From Octopus vulgaris (taxonomy: Eukaryota): 64,000 bases of DNA. The stretch covers positions 79,112,001 through 79,176,000 of the forward strand of contig OX597817.1 of NCBI GenBank assembly GCA_951406725.2, given 5' to 3'. Below the pieces are notes generated by a model that worked only from the letters and a program-made list of their open reading frames with translations, did no database searches and was not told where the DNA came from. A program made the position numbers and the translations under genes. Below, piece after piece: positions 52,979 to 64,000 of this stretch; the first letter of the stretch is position 1, and every line of letters starts with the position of its first letter.

Positions 52979-53138
52979 CATGATGGGCTTCTTTCAGTTT
53001 CCGTCTACCAAATCCACTCACAAGGCTTTGGTCAGCCCGAGGCTATTGTGGAAGACATTTGCCCAAGGTGCCACGCAGTGGGACTGAACCTAGAACCATG
53101 TGGTTGGTAAGCAAGCAACTTACGACACAGTCACTCCT
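52641..53138 (-). mobile_element. SINE family A, full length, expanded internal microsatellite
   Basis: Reverse complement of family A with an internal tract of about 130 bp. Confidence 0.9.
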
Positions 53139-53751
53139 AAGCAATTTTTAAGAGTTCAATGTAACAACAAGAGATCCCTGTGGCTTGTAGCTCATCTACC
53201 AGCTAACATGACCACCTTAATTATGTTTCACCATCTCTGTTGCTATTCTATTCCATGGATCACCGGTCTCCAGCTTGCAGCATAAACAATGGTTAATATC
53301 TAATCGTAATATAACCTTCTTAACTGAGATTAACAACAGTCTCCTTGTATTGTTTAGGAAAACTGCCACCCTTAACAACCCAACACAAGTATATATCTTT
53401 TGTACTCTTTGACACCTAATTTATGTACACACACACACTTAACCTCTTTCGCACAGGCACACACATACACACTATTATGCTTTATTCATGCACATACACA
53501 CATGCACACACACTGTATCTCTCACATTGTATCTCTCACACTATATCTCTCATACGCATGCAATCTTCTCAGTTGTGACTTATAAGGTATAATTGTTCCA
53601 GGCACAACCCAAACACTAACATCTCACACTAATAAATATTCCTTATATTCACATAAGACCTCTATCTTTTTCTCTTTCTCTCCCACTCCCCACAGGACCC
53701 ATCTACCACACACAAACACACAAATATGTATGTATTGCTCTTCATATTCGA

Positions 53752-53832
53752 GACTCCAATGAAGCTATAAGATGTTACTCAAGCACTCAACAATGTGTCC
53801 CCTGCATCTTATAGCAGAAACAGCTGTTGGTT
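53752..53832 (+). ncRNA. Degenerate type-I hammerhead candidate with 11-bp stem II
   Basis: GACT-CCAATGA-A-GCTATAAGATG...CATCTTATAGC-A-GAA-ACAGCTGT-T-GGTT. Stem III is palindromic; the core has lost G5. Confidence 0.45.
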
Positions 53833-53887
53833 AATGAACTTCATAAGATAATCGTTTATTCCTTTGTCATCTTATTTTCTTATTTGT

Positions 53888-54042
53888 TGGCTGTGTGGTA
53901 AGAAGCTTGCTTACCAACCACATGGTCCCAGGTTCAGTTCCACTGCATGGCACTTTGGGCAAGTGTCTTCTACTATAGTCTCGGGCCGACCAAAGCCTTC
54001 TGAGTGGATTTGGTAGACGGAAACTGAAAGAAGCCTGCCGTA
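53888..54042 (+). mobile_element. SINE family A 5' portion
   Basis: TGGCTGTGTGGTAAGAAGC...GAAACTGAAAGAAGCC followed by (TA)n. Confidence 0.85.
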
Positions 54043-54115
54043 TATATATATATATATATATATACATACATATATATATATATATATATACATATATATA
54101 CATACATACATACAT

Positions 54116-54175
<60 letters not shown>

Positions 54176-54635
54176 TGTAGGAACAAAAACTGTGAAACAT
54201 TCTGAGTCTCTAACAACTCTGCCAAATCATTGGAATTCTTTGCATTCTGAGTTTAAAAACTACAAAGTAGTTTATTTTACACTGAAAAGATAAAACAATG
54301 AAGAGTTGTATGTTTCAGAAACTTGTCCTTCATCAAAAATTTTAAAGAAGGGAAAAGAGTTGTGATGTTGTTTTATGTTTAATCCAACATCATGAATTAA
54401 CAACAGAAGTAGAGAGTATGAACATATGCTGAACAATGTTTACTATCAAAACTGTGAAGAGGGGGTGATAGCAGAATTACAGATATTAATGTGTATGTGT
54501 GTAGGGCAATATATGTCTGCTCTAATTCAAGAACACAAGATATAAAACATATTGCATGAAGGTTTTTAACCACCCTTATTCCCTAGAATATTTTTTCAAT
54601 CACTTAGTGTCATTAAATTAAGTATACAAAAATTA

Positions 54636-54830
54636 AGGCGGCGAGCTGGCAGAAACGGTAGCACGCCGGGCGAAATGCTTTGTGGTATTTCGTCCACCAA
54701 GGTCGTCTTTGCCTTTCATCATTTTGGGGTCGATAAATTAAGTACCAGTTACGCACTGAGGTCGATGTAATCGACTTAATCCATTTGTCTGTTATTGTTT
54801 AGCCACTTGTGGCAATAAAGAAATAAGAAA
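54636..54830 (+). mobile_element. SINE family B with internal deletions
   Basis: AGGCGGCGAGCTGGCAGAAACG...TTTGCCTTTCATC...GATGTAATCGACTTAATCC...AATAAAGAAATAAG. Confidence 0.85.
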
Positions 54831-55397
54831 TAACTAAATCAGATCAACCCCAGCAGCACTGAATTCCCAATATGATAGACACTGGACACGTGGGATACAT
54901 GTCTGATTTGTATCTCCAATATAGGGGTCCCTTTGGTCAGCTACAGTGTGAGAAACCTGCAGTTAAAAGTACCAAGAAATTAGTTCAAAGACAAAACAAA
55001 GACAAGTTGAAGAGAAGTGCCATCAACTGTTTTAGGGTTGAAGACATTGCAATATATCATTTGTTTGGCCTAAAAATAAAAGGAATGAATAAAATTACAT
55101 AAACTTTGCCAAAAACAGAATCATTCTCTTGACAGGATGCATACAATAAATTTCAAACTTATACAAAAAATGCACCAAAGAATATGCGTGTACAAGTAAT
55201 GCATGCACACACACATACACATATACTCGCATACACACACACGACTCTACACTTACATACACCTATATTTATATATGTGTGTATAATGTTTAATACATAA
55301 CTGTATGTCCAACATAATATATGCTGTTTCGCTCAACGGCCTTGTCATCCCAGAGAATGCATCCCTACATATACACACATGCAAACACACACACACA

Positions 55398-55430
<33 letters not shown>

Positions 55431-55883
55431 ATATGTATAAGTACACAAGATGTCATATATATATACTCCACTATGTCTTGACGAAATATTCTTTATGGTT
55501 TGTGTATTTATTCTAATCATAATAACTGTATAGTGATGTTATCGCAGAATTATGAGATTATATTTATCAGATATTTACCCACAATCTCAAATAAATCAAT
55601 GATGTCTCTCGTTCTCTTTGGAGATACGTTAGATCAAGGATATACGAATAATCTGAAAAATAGGGGTTTGGGATTGTTTTAGGGATATTTCTCTTCTCTT
55701 TTGCATTCCACAGTGGTAAGTTTTCTTACAAATGTAAATATAACTTTGGTTATATTAAATTGTGATTGTAGATTGTTATCATACTGTTGTATCTTCTTTC
55801 TTGTATGAATTCATTCATGATTATATAAAATGTTTGCATTACACATTGACGCTTCACATTGCAAAGGATATAATTCTGTTTGA

Positions 55884-55954
<71 letters not shown>

Positions 55955-56052
55955 AGATAAATGGTACAAGGCACCAATATTTACCAGAAAATAGCAATCG
56001 ATATAAATACAATGCTATTGAATAGCTTCACTGCGTACAAAAAAGCAAAGAC

Positions 56053-56097
<45 letters not shown>

Positions 56098-56610
56098 GTA
56101 AACAGTGGCAAATCTACAATATTGGGGCCCTGAAGTTAAAAATGTTATTGGGGGGAGGGCTTTTAAAACTAGCAACTAGCATAACATCCAATAAGATTCA
56201 AAAATTTTTCGTGCTCTTGCAAGGATCTTCAGTCTTGAGGCCCTGTTAGCCCAAATGGTGGAGTGGTGATGTGGAGACCTTAAAGATGAGTCTGACAGTG
56301 AGTCCTCTCCCCACTTGAAACAAGGTGTGGGTAATCACCGATATCTTTGTCAATGTGGTTGTTCCATGGCAGATCACCACAATTTTCTTTACAAATTTAA
56401 GCACTACATTTCAGATTGTGTTTGTTAATGTCACTGGTGTGAACAAAAAATTTCCAGGCTATGCCTTATACTTTTAGAGTTATGGGAGTTGAATATTAGG
56501 GAAGCATTATATACATGCATAATACATCATAGGATAAAGACATAAAACATAATAAATACCACAGTTAATATAATCTAATATTAATCTTATATTTAAGATA
56601 CATAGGAAAA

Positions 56611-59128
56611 TTACAAAATACTTGTTTTTCTGTTCTTTGTAGCAATGTATTTCCTTAGAGTTTTGTCATATGAGAGCTTCCTTGCAATGTCATATTCTAG
56701 TGACAACATGCACAAGGAATTTAAGTGCCCTTCAGTCATGGTAGACCGAAATGTATTCTTTATAAAACAAAGCTTTAAGAAATTCCTTTCTGCTTCACAG
56801 TTCGTGATAAGCATTGTCAAATACGGCTTAATTGCAGTGGTAATATTAGGGAACTCTTCAATTAATGGTTGCTTAAAAATAAGCTAAAGAACTTTTGTGC
56901 ATTGCATTCTAGACGGTGTGTTTTCTTCTGTGTTCAGGGATTTCCTAAGGTGTAAATACTCTTTTGAACTGATAACAATCATTTATTAATTTGTGGTCAA
57001 TTTTGTCTTTGTAATGCGATATTATAAGTTTGATACTATCCTCGTCAAATTCTGAATTGTTCATAAATTCTGAGAGCAGCTTGAACCTTTTCGCAATCTG
57101 CTCATATGGGTTCATTCTCTTGCTTAACTGAATTATCAAGCAGTCATAGACTTGATTTAGAACTTCTACCCTAAATTTTTCAGCCCCTTTCGAAGAAGCC
57201 CTATCACTTCTTCCATCTGTAAATTTCTTTATAACAATGCGTTTGAAATATCAGAATAATTTGAGGTCATATATTCATATAAGCCTTTTGCTATTGATTC
57301 ATATGTGCAATCCTGTTGGCTGAATTTTCTCGTAGTTCTTTAACAAATGAAAGCAAAGATGCTAGCAGAAGGTAACCTTCAAATACATCAGAACCAGGAA
57401 TTTGGGTATTTTTTTACTTGTTTTGTTAAAATGCTCCATAACCTCTTCCTAAGTGACTGCTAAAACAGCATATACCAATTTTACCAACTTGTGGAATAAA
57501 TTCTTTGCATCTCGCTTACATTCAGGCTTCCCTTCCGAGTCTTCAAACATGTTTGGAAGTTTGTAAAATATCCTTATGTCCATTTTTAATTTCCCAGACT
57601 GCTTCATAGTATGGAAACCATCTAGTTATACTTAAGCTCTTTAGAGAAAAGGCTAGATTGCCCTGTGTGTTTAAAATCCCCTATCTTCGAGGAGATTTAG
57701 AAAAGAAAACACACAGCTGCTGCCAAAATAGTCAACAACTTCATGTATAGCAGACACTGCTTTTTCTCCAACAAGGTTGAGCGAATGGCTTGCATATGGT
57801 ACATAGTCTGCATACCTGTTAATATTTTAAAGAATGCAACCCTTTCTCCAAGCCCTTCATGCTGGAAGCATTATTGTACGACTGACCATGGATATTTTCA
57901 AGTGAAAGCTTATGCTCCCTCAGGAATCGTGTTATTTTGTTGAACAAGGACATGGATGAATGGTTTTTTTTATTGGCAAAAATGCTAAAAATCTCTCATG
58001 GGGCTTTCCCTTATAACAGTATCGAACCACAATTATCAGTTGGTCAGCATGTGTCACGTCAGGTGTGGAGTTAACTATAATTGAGTAGCATTTGGTATCT
58101 GGGCTGTTGATCTGATTCACCACTTCATTTTCCACATGTTTTCCCATGATTTCTATCAATTCTTCATACACAGATTTGGATAGGTAATATTTACTTTTTC
58201 ATTTTTACATTTCACTAAATGTTCATGTAAAAATGGGTTAAACTCCACAATAAGCTCAATGGCTTCCATGAAATTTCCATTGTTTAGGGAGCTCCCCTTT
58301 TCCACATGACCTCTAAATGCTAAACCCCTTCCACTTAATACTTTATAATTGCTACAACTCTTTTTAGTACTTCAAAGTAGTGCTGCATGTTTTTCTCAAC
58401 TGTTCCTCAAGTTGCTGATCCGCAGTGTTTTTATTTGACTTTCGTGTTAGCCAGCTCAACATTGCCTTGTTATTTTCCATGCTGTATTCAGGATTTTCTA
58501 GAGTTCTGAATATATTCATCCGATCAGAAAACCCATCCGTTGTAAGTGATATTTGGCATTTAGAAAAGAGTTTGCAAACAAAATATTATTACAGCCTTTG
58601 CTCTTTGAGTAATCTAACCAGGATCTCATCACAGTCTGACCATTTTACAATCTCTTTTCAAAGTACTTGTTCGAGAAACTTCGATTTTGCTGTTTGTAAA
58701 TCTTGTTCGATTCAGTATATACATTAACTGTTTTTTTTTAATATTTTGAAATCTGATGTTTTTCATTAAACGGTTTTGTATGAAATCATTATTAATTATT
58801 ACGGGCCAGTTTTCCTGGTCACTGTATTCTTTAAAACCACTAAATTTGCTTCCTCTTTCTGTTCCCTTTTCTTGAAATTCTTGACCACTATGGTCATTAT
58901 CTGCACCAAAAGTGTCAACAGTAGGTTGATTATTACTAAACAGAGTCCTCATGGTTTTTGCACTATCATTGACTTCACTGGTGCTTGCACGACTTGTTTC
59001 AGTTGCAGGTGATGAGAAACTTTTACTTGACATTGTAATATATTTTGATAGTTTTTGACATTTAGAAATTTCATTAGATTGCTTTTCCTTGAATTGGCGT
59101 TTCCGCTTAAGTACTTTCTTGAAGACAT
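56611..59128 (-). pseudogene. hAT transposase pseudogene
   Basis: MSSRKYLSG start; GLAFRGH..; YSIIVNSTPDVTHADQLIIVVRY...ERFLAF; LS.TRW; dimerisation-domain-like TNCEAERNFLKL..IKNTFRSTM...L..L. Multiple frameshifts and stops. Confidence 0.88.
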
Positions 59129-59511
59129 TGCTATTCCTCTTGAGGCCTAGACCTCTGTGAAAAAAAAAGGGTTAATGTTTTCATTAGCTACAGCAAGACA
59201 GAGGTCGATCAAGATAAGGATCCACAACTTAATATATAGTGATAAATGAAGAATTGTTTATTTTATACAAGGTGATATTCAAACAATTTTTGAAGTAGAA
59301 AAAATGCTTTGTTCCTGAACAGATTGTAAGAGGGGCAGGGCTAAAGTTTCCAAAATATTCAAGAAAAGCGAATTATCTGCGAGCTATTTGTACTTTTATT
59401 TTTTATACTAATCCACACCGGCAGAAACAGCAGGTGGAACAACACGTGGCTAGATACTGCGTGCCTATTCTATGCGTAGGAGTACGAGATGACGTTATCC
59501 ACTAAGGCTGG

Positions 59512-60557
59512 TACAAGAAATAGGATCACATGCGGTCGTATCGTATAGGAGACACGGTCGCACGTGGTCATATTCTTAATGATTATTTTACAGACCATAT
59601 AATACATACAGCGGCAATAGAACACAAGTGGAATGACAACAAGATTTCTTTTTGAGATATATACATTATTTATTTTACATATTTTACAATCATGCTGATG
59701 TTGGAAGTTTGTAAGTGTTAGCATGTTTTTGTGTCCGTGTGTTCGTGAGTGCGACAGAGCAAATCAGGTGAATGTGATTGACATAGAAAAGTTAGTAGCA
59801 GATGGCTTAAAGTAGTTCTTAGAAGAACTAGAACTCAAGACAGATAATTGATTTACCGTTTATGAGGTACACGGAGGATAAGAGTTCCATATCAAGATGT
59901 TGCATCTCGTAGTTGAAACTAATTGAATCACTTGTTGTGTTTTATCTTTCTCTTGATATGAATATACTTCCAGATATATTAACTGTAGCCGTTTTTCCTG
60001 TGGTGAGATTTTCACCTAACGGCTAGAGTTGAATCTGTAGTTGTGTTGTGTACAAATTAAATCTTCGTAGATAAAGACGATGTTTGCGATGACGTCGTGT
60101 CTGTCGCTTGGTTTTTGCAGCGTCTTCATTATATGTTCTGCTTGGTTATTTTTCTCTTGATATAATGGTGGTTGCCTGTCTTTCGAACTGGAACATGGTC
60201 GAGTATGCTCTGTGTGGTCAGAGGTTTAGCTCTGAAAAGAACTAAAAACCTAAGACGTAAAGTGTCTGAGAACACTTCTTTATATAAGGTTTATGTGGCT
60301 CAAACGAACTTCAGAAATGGAAAGCTGTGATTGGCTGCTTGGAACAAATGGCGCGAAAATAAGCGGAGGCAAATCGCGTCACGTGACAACCAGCGGTGCG
60401 AACGTAGTAGAGACCACTCGTGTCACATGTCAACCAATCAAGTTAGTGTTTAGAACAATGTTAAACTAGCCGAAGATGTTTGTAATCTCGAACGAGATTA
60501 TTCTTAATACTCTTCTCAAACAGTGAAGATAGCAATGAGGGAAACGATATTGCTACA
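59512..60557 (-). mobile_element. Putative solo LTR nested in the hAT 5' region
   Basis: Minus strand starts TGTAGCAA; CCAAT boxes, TATATAAAG (~60285), TTAGTT initiator-like motif, AATAAA (~59670); flanking CTGG(T) repeats at 59508 and 60558. Left boundary uncertain. Confidence 0.45.
60275..60440 (-). promoter_or_regulatory. Dense Pol II promoter-like motif cluster
   Basis: TATA; ATTGG (~60330) and CCAAT (~60435); TGGCGCGAAAA (E2F-like, overlapping AAATGGCG); palindromic E-box GTCACGTGAC (~60378). CpG-rich in an otherwise CpG-poor window. Confidence 0.5.
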
Positions 60558-60669
60558 CTGGTAACAGCAATCTGCATGGTAAAGTAAAAAAAACAAACTA
60601 AGTAACTTCAGAGGGGCCCTGAAGCTTAAGCTTCATTAGTTTTATAGTAGATCCGCCACTGGCAGTAAA

Positions 60670-62600
60670 ATAGCTTTTTTGAGAGAATGACTTGCCATAG
60701 AGTTCCCTTATAAAGCCCTTCTCTATGAAAATAGGTACATATGCAGTTGATATTTTTGAGAGAACGATTTACCATAAAGATCATCTGTAAGACTTTTACA
60801 CTGCAAGAATACGTAAATTAGTAGTTAAGCGATATTTTTACAAGAACAATTTATCACAGTTACCTGTTACATTTTTTCCCCTCTACTGTACGAATATATA
60901 CAAATGTCATTAGGTCACTACTTATGAAAACACGTGGGATTTACTACCGATATCACTGACGAGGAATTTCGCCTTTATCAATACATTTTTGCAGAGTTAA
61001 ATCACTTGTTTTAGAGAATGATTTGCCACAGATATCAGCGATGTGTTTTATCTCTTGTATGAATGTACGAGCAAAATGCCCCACGTCCAATGGACGGTGC
61101 TGTGTTGTCAAACATTTAAACCAAATTTTCTTAGAACTTGTCCGACCGTCCCATATGCCTCCCCTTTGAGAAACAGTGATTTAACCTAAAGTTGAGACAC
61201 CAAACAGGCCGGCTTTTTTGCGCAAACTGCACGTGCATTTTTCTCGCGTACGCGTAGTATCGATTGCAATAGCTGATGTACTTGCGTGTAAAAATGCACG
61301 TTCCCACGGCTTTATCGATTGCATTCTCACCTGGAATCGATTTTTGCAATTTTTTCAAGACTTATACACGCCCTGGTACTGTCGGTATCTACATATCAAA
61401 TTTGAGCGCAATCGGATGGAGGATGCCCGAGAGCCTAGAATATACAGACACAGACAGACAGAACGGATTTTATATAATAGATTTGGGAAGCATTAAGCTA
61501 CATGTCCGAGAGAATGGTATCATTCTAAAATATCTCACTAATTTATCCCTGTAATATAAAATTTCTAGCATGAATACGTTTGTGCAGAGTTATGTCACTT
61601 GATTCAAAGAATGGTTCACCACAGATAACATAAGGATATGATTTTTATCGCTCAATGAATACGTTTGGGTATTTGGTTAAGTAATTTGGTTAGGGAATGC
61701 CGATCGTTTCCGCCGATCGTACAGTGATTTGGCTTCTCTTTTGCATGAATACATTTATTTTAGTTAAGTTTGAACTACCAGAGAATGATTTACCATTGAT
61801 ATCATAGTAGTATGGTATCTCTCTTGTATGAATATGTTTATTTTAACAAAGCTACAAATTTCAGAGAATGATTTATCACAGGTATCACAGTGATATGTCT
61901 TTTCTCGTGTATAAATGCTCTGTAAAGTAACTTCTTCAAAAAAAAAAAAAAATAATAATAATAATAATAATTTACCATAAATATCACAATGATATAGTAC
62001 CTATCTTGTATGATTGCATTGATATACTAAGTCACAATTATGTGAGGCTAATTTACAACAGTTATCAGAATGATTTGTCTTTTCTCTTGTATAAATGTTT
62101 AGTTAAGGCACAACTACCAGAAAAATTATTCATCAACGATATCACTGTGATATAGCATCTCTCTTGTATGAATGTGTTTATTTTCGTCAAGTCATTACTT
62201 CCACAAAATGATTTACCACAGATATCACAGTGACATGGTATCTCCTTTGTATGAATGCTAAGTAAAGTAACCGGTTTGAGAGGATAATTTATCATAGACA
62301 TCACAATGATATGACTGAATGTTTATGTTTAGTTAAATCACTGCTTCTAGAGAATGATATACCACAGATATGATAGTGATATGGTTTTTCTTCTGTATGA
62401 ATAAATTTGCGAGCATTTAAGTTACCCTTTTGAGAGAATGACTTTTAGCAGATATCACAATGATATGATGATAGTCCTATCTCTTTCAGCATCTCATCAA
62501 GGAATCAATCGTTTTAACCCAGTTCTCAAATAATTTTATTTTTACTATTATATGTTATTCCTAACAAATATTTACACTGCTATATTTTCATCCATTGTGA
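60670..62600 (-). pseudogene. Tandem C2H2 zinc-finger pseudogene (octopus-type), interrupted by a Helitron
   Basis: Repeated ~84-bp units reading YHCDICGKSFS...L..H..IHT.EK (e.g. plus-strand GAGAATGATTTACCACAGATATCACAGTG). Leader DEMLKEIGLSSYHCDIC. Decay increases toward the 3' end. Candidate splice acceptor TTTTTTATTTCAG at 62895-62907. Confidence 0.88.
61068..61481 (-). mobile_element. Non-autonomous Helitron, same family as 37942-38321
   Basis: 5' TCTATTATATAAAATCCG; 3' hairpin CGTCCATTGGACG plus CTCG; inserted at A|T. Removing it rejoins a finger reading K-Y-I-H-T. Confidence 0.85.
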
Positions 62601-63000
62601 TCTTTGTCGATAACCGAAGATGCTGCAAATTCCTTTGTAAATTTACACAAGTTTAATTAGAATGCAAATTATCTTCTATATATTCCAGACAGTGATATAG
62701 AGAGTGAGTGAGAGGGGGAGGGAGAGAGAGAAAAATAGAGTGAGAGAGAGAGAGAAGAGAAATGCTAACAAGAATCGTGATTCAGAGAAAATATTTCACA
62801 GTAATTCAACCATAGATTTACATAAACAGGGTTATATCTGTTCTGTATAACATCTTCCTTTAGTCTTTAAAAATAATTAATATTGATGATGCATCTGAAA
62901 TAAAAAATATATATATATATATATATAATTCTTTAATGCCAGTGTCATCTGATATTCTGAAATAATTGAGAAACAGTATATCTACATTTCATTATTCCAG

Positions 63001-63191
63001 ATTTGATAAAATTAGTTACAGTAACACATCAGTATTGATTCAGACAGTCAATAGCAGAATTGAAAGAATCATTGGAGGCAAACAAGGAACCTTGAGGTAT
63101 TTTCTCACCAGTGGTGTAGTGTCGGATGTATGGAAGATGCAGATTGTACAGGATTGTCACTTCATATACGAAGTCTTTGATGCCGTTGAAG
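63001..63191 (+). other. Candidate internal exon of an unidentified gene
   Basis: Acceptor TTTCATTATTCCAG, donor AAG|GTAAGT, and a single open frame FDKISYSNTSVL...YEVFDAVE. No recognisable homology. Confidence 0.35.
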
Positions 63192-63277
63192 GTAAGTCAT
63201 ATTTAAGGAAACGGTCAACCAATTTGATTGCAACACAAGACATTCAAAACCCATGCTATGCCACTATTCTTTAAACT

Positions 63278-63673
63278 TACTCTTTACTCTTTTACTTGTT
63301 TCAGTCATTTGACTATGGCCATGCCGGAGTACCGCTTTTAGTCGAGCAAATCGAACCCAGGACTTATTCTTTGTAAGCCTTGTACTTATTCTGTCGGTCT
63401 CTTTTGTTGAACCGCTAAGTTACGGAAACGTAAACACACCAGCATCGGTTGTCAAGTGATGTTGGGGGACAAACACAGACACAAACGTACACACACACAT
63501 ACATATACATATATACGACGGGCTTCTTTCAGTTTCCGTCTACCAAATCCACTCACAATGCTTTGGTCGGCCCGGGGCTATAGTAGAAGACACTTGCCCA
63601 AGGTGCCACGCAGTGGGACTGAACCCGGAACCATGTGGTTCGTAAGCAAGCTACTTATCACACAGTCACTCCT
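63278..63673 (-). mobile_element. SINE family A, full length, CpG-retaining (young)
   Basis: Reverse complement of family A with many CpGs intact. Confidence 0.9.
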
Positions 63674-63689
63674 ACTTGTTTATGTTCTT

Positions 63690-64000
63690 TTCTTTTGTCG
63701 TTTACTCGTGTCAGTTGTTAAACTGTGGCCATGCTGGGTAACTGTCTTGAAGGGTTTAGTCAAACAAGTCGATTCCATTACTTATTTTCTTTTATATGCG
63801 GAAGTAAACTGACCGATACCATTTGTGAAGCAGTGGGGAGAGGCGAAACACAAATAGAGACACACATGCATGCATATTTACATACATCCATGAGTAGAAA
63901 AATATACATATAAGATGGGCTTCTACACAGTTTCCATCTAGAAAATTCATTCACAAGGTATTGGTCAGCTCAAGGCTATAGTAAAAGACACTTGTCAACA
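63690..64000 (-). mobile_element. Older SINE family A-related copy, runs off window
   Basis: ACTGTGGCCATGCTGGG...GATGGGCTTCTACACAGTTTCCATCTA...GGCTATAGTAAAAGACACTTG. Confidence 0.65.

Larger units (their letters stand above)
56103..60661 (-). mobile_element. Full-length hAT DNA transposon (Tip100/ZMYM1-like transposase), inactive
   Basis: 15-bp TIR CAGTGGCAAATCTAC / GTAGATCCGCCACTG; perfect 8-bp TSD GCAGTAAA at 56095-56102 and 60662-60669; GGGGCCC(C)TGAAG subterminal motif at both ends. Confidence 0.95.

Noticed and set aside
55599-55656. C/D-box snoRNA-like ATGATGT...CTGA
   Set aside because: Imperfect C box, no terminal stem and no recognisable guide sequence.

Overview
AT-rich, microsatellite-laden animal DNA with no confidently intact host gene. 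The SINE families, R4/Dong LINEs and 'YHCDICGKSFS' zinc fingers point to an octopus/coleoid cephalopod genome (inference). The window is a layered transposon graveyard. It holds a frameshifted Penelope-like element (RT + GIY-YIG), a decayed Gypsy element, three tandem R4/Dong LINE pieces in a (TAA)n tract, RTE fragments, mariner derivatives and MITEs, a full-length hAT with a perfect 8-bp TSD and a nested LTR-like promoter block, two non-autonomous Helitrons, about five SINE families, and a C2H2 zinc-finger pseudogene. The most interesting unexplained signal is a set of minimal type-I hammerhead-ribozyme-like motifs, mostly in small inserts near (TA)n tracts. These include a retrozyme-like 381-nt unit bounded by two hammerheads (4139-4660) and two motifs with the covariant U3-A8 core. 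All RNA structures were paired by eye and none is tested. Most supplied ORFs are microsatellite artefacts.
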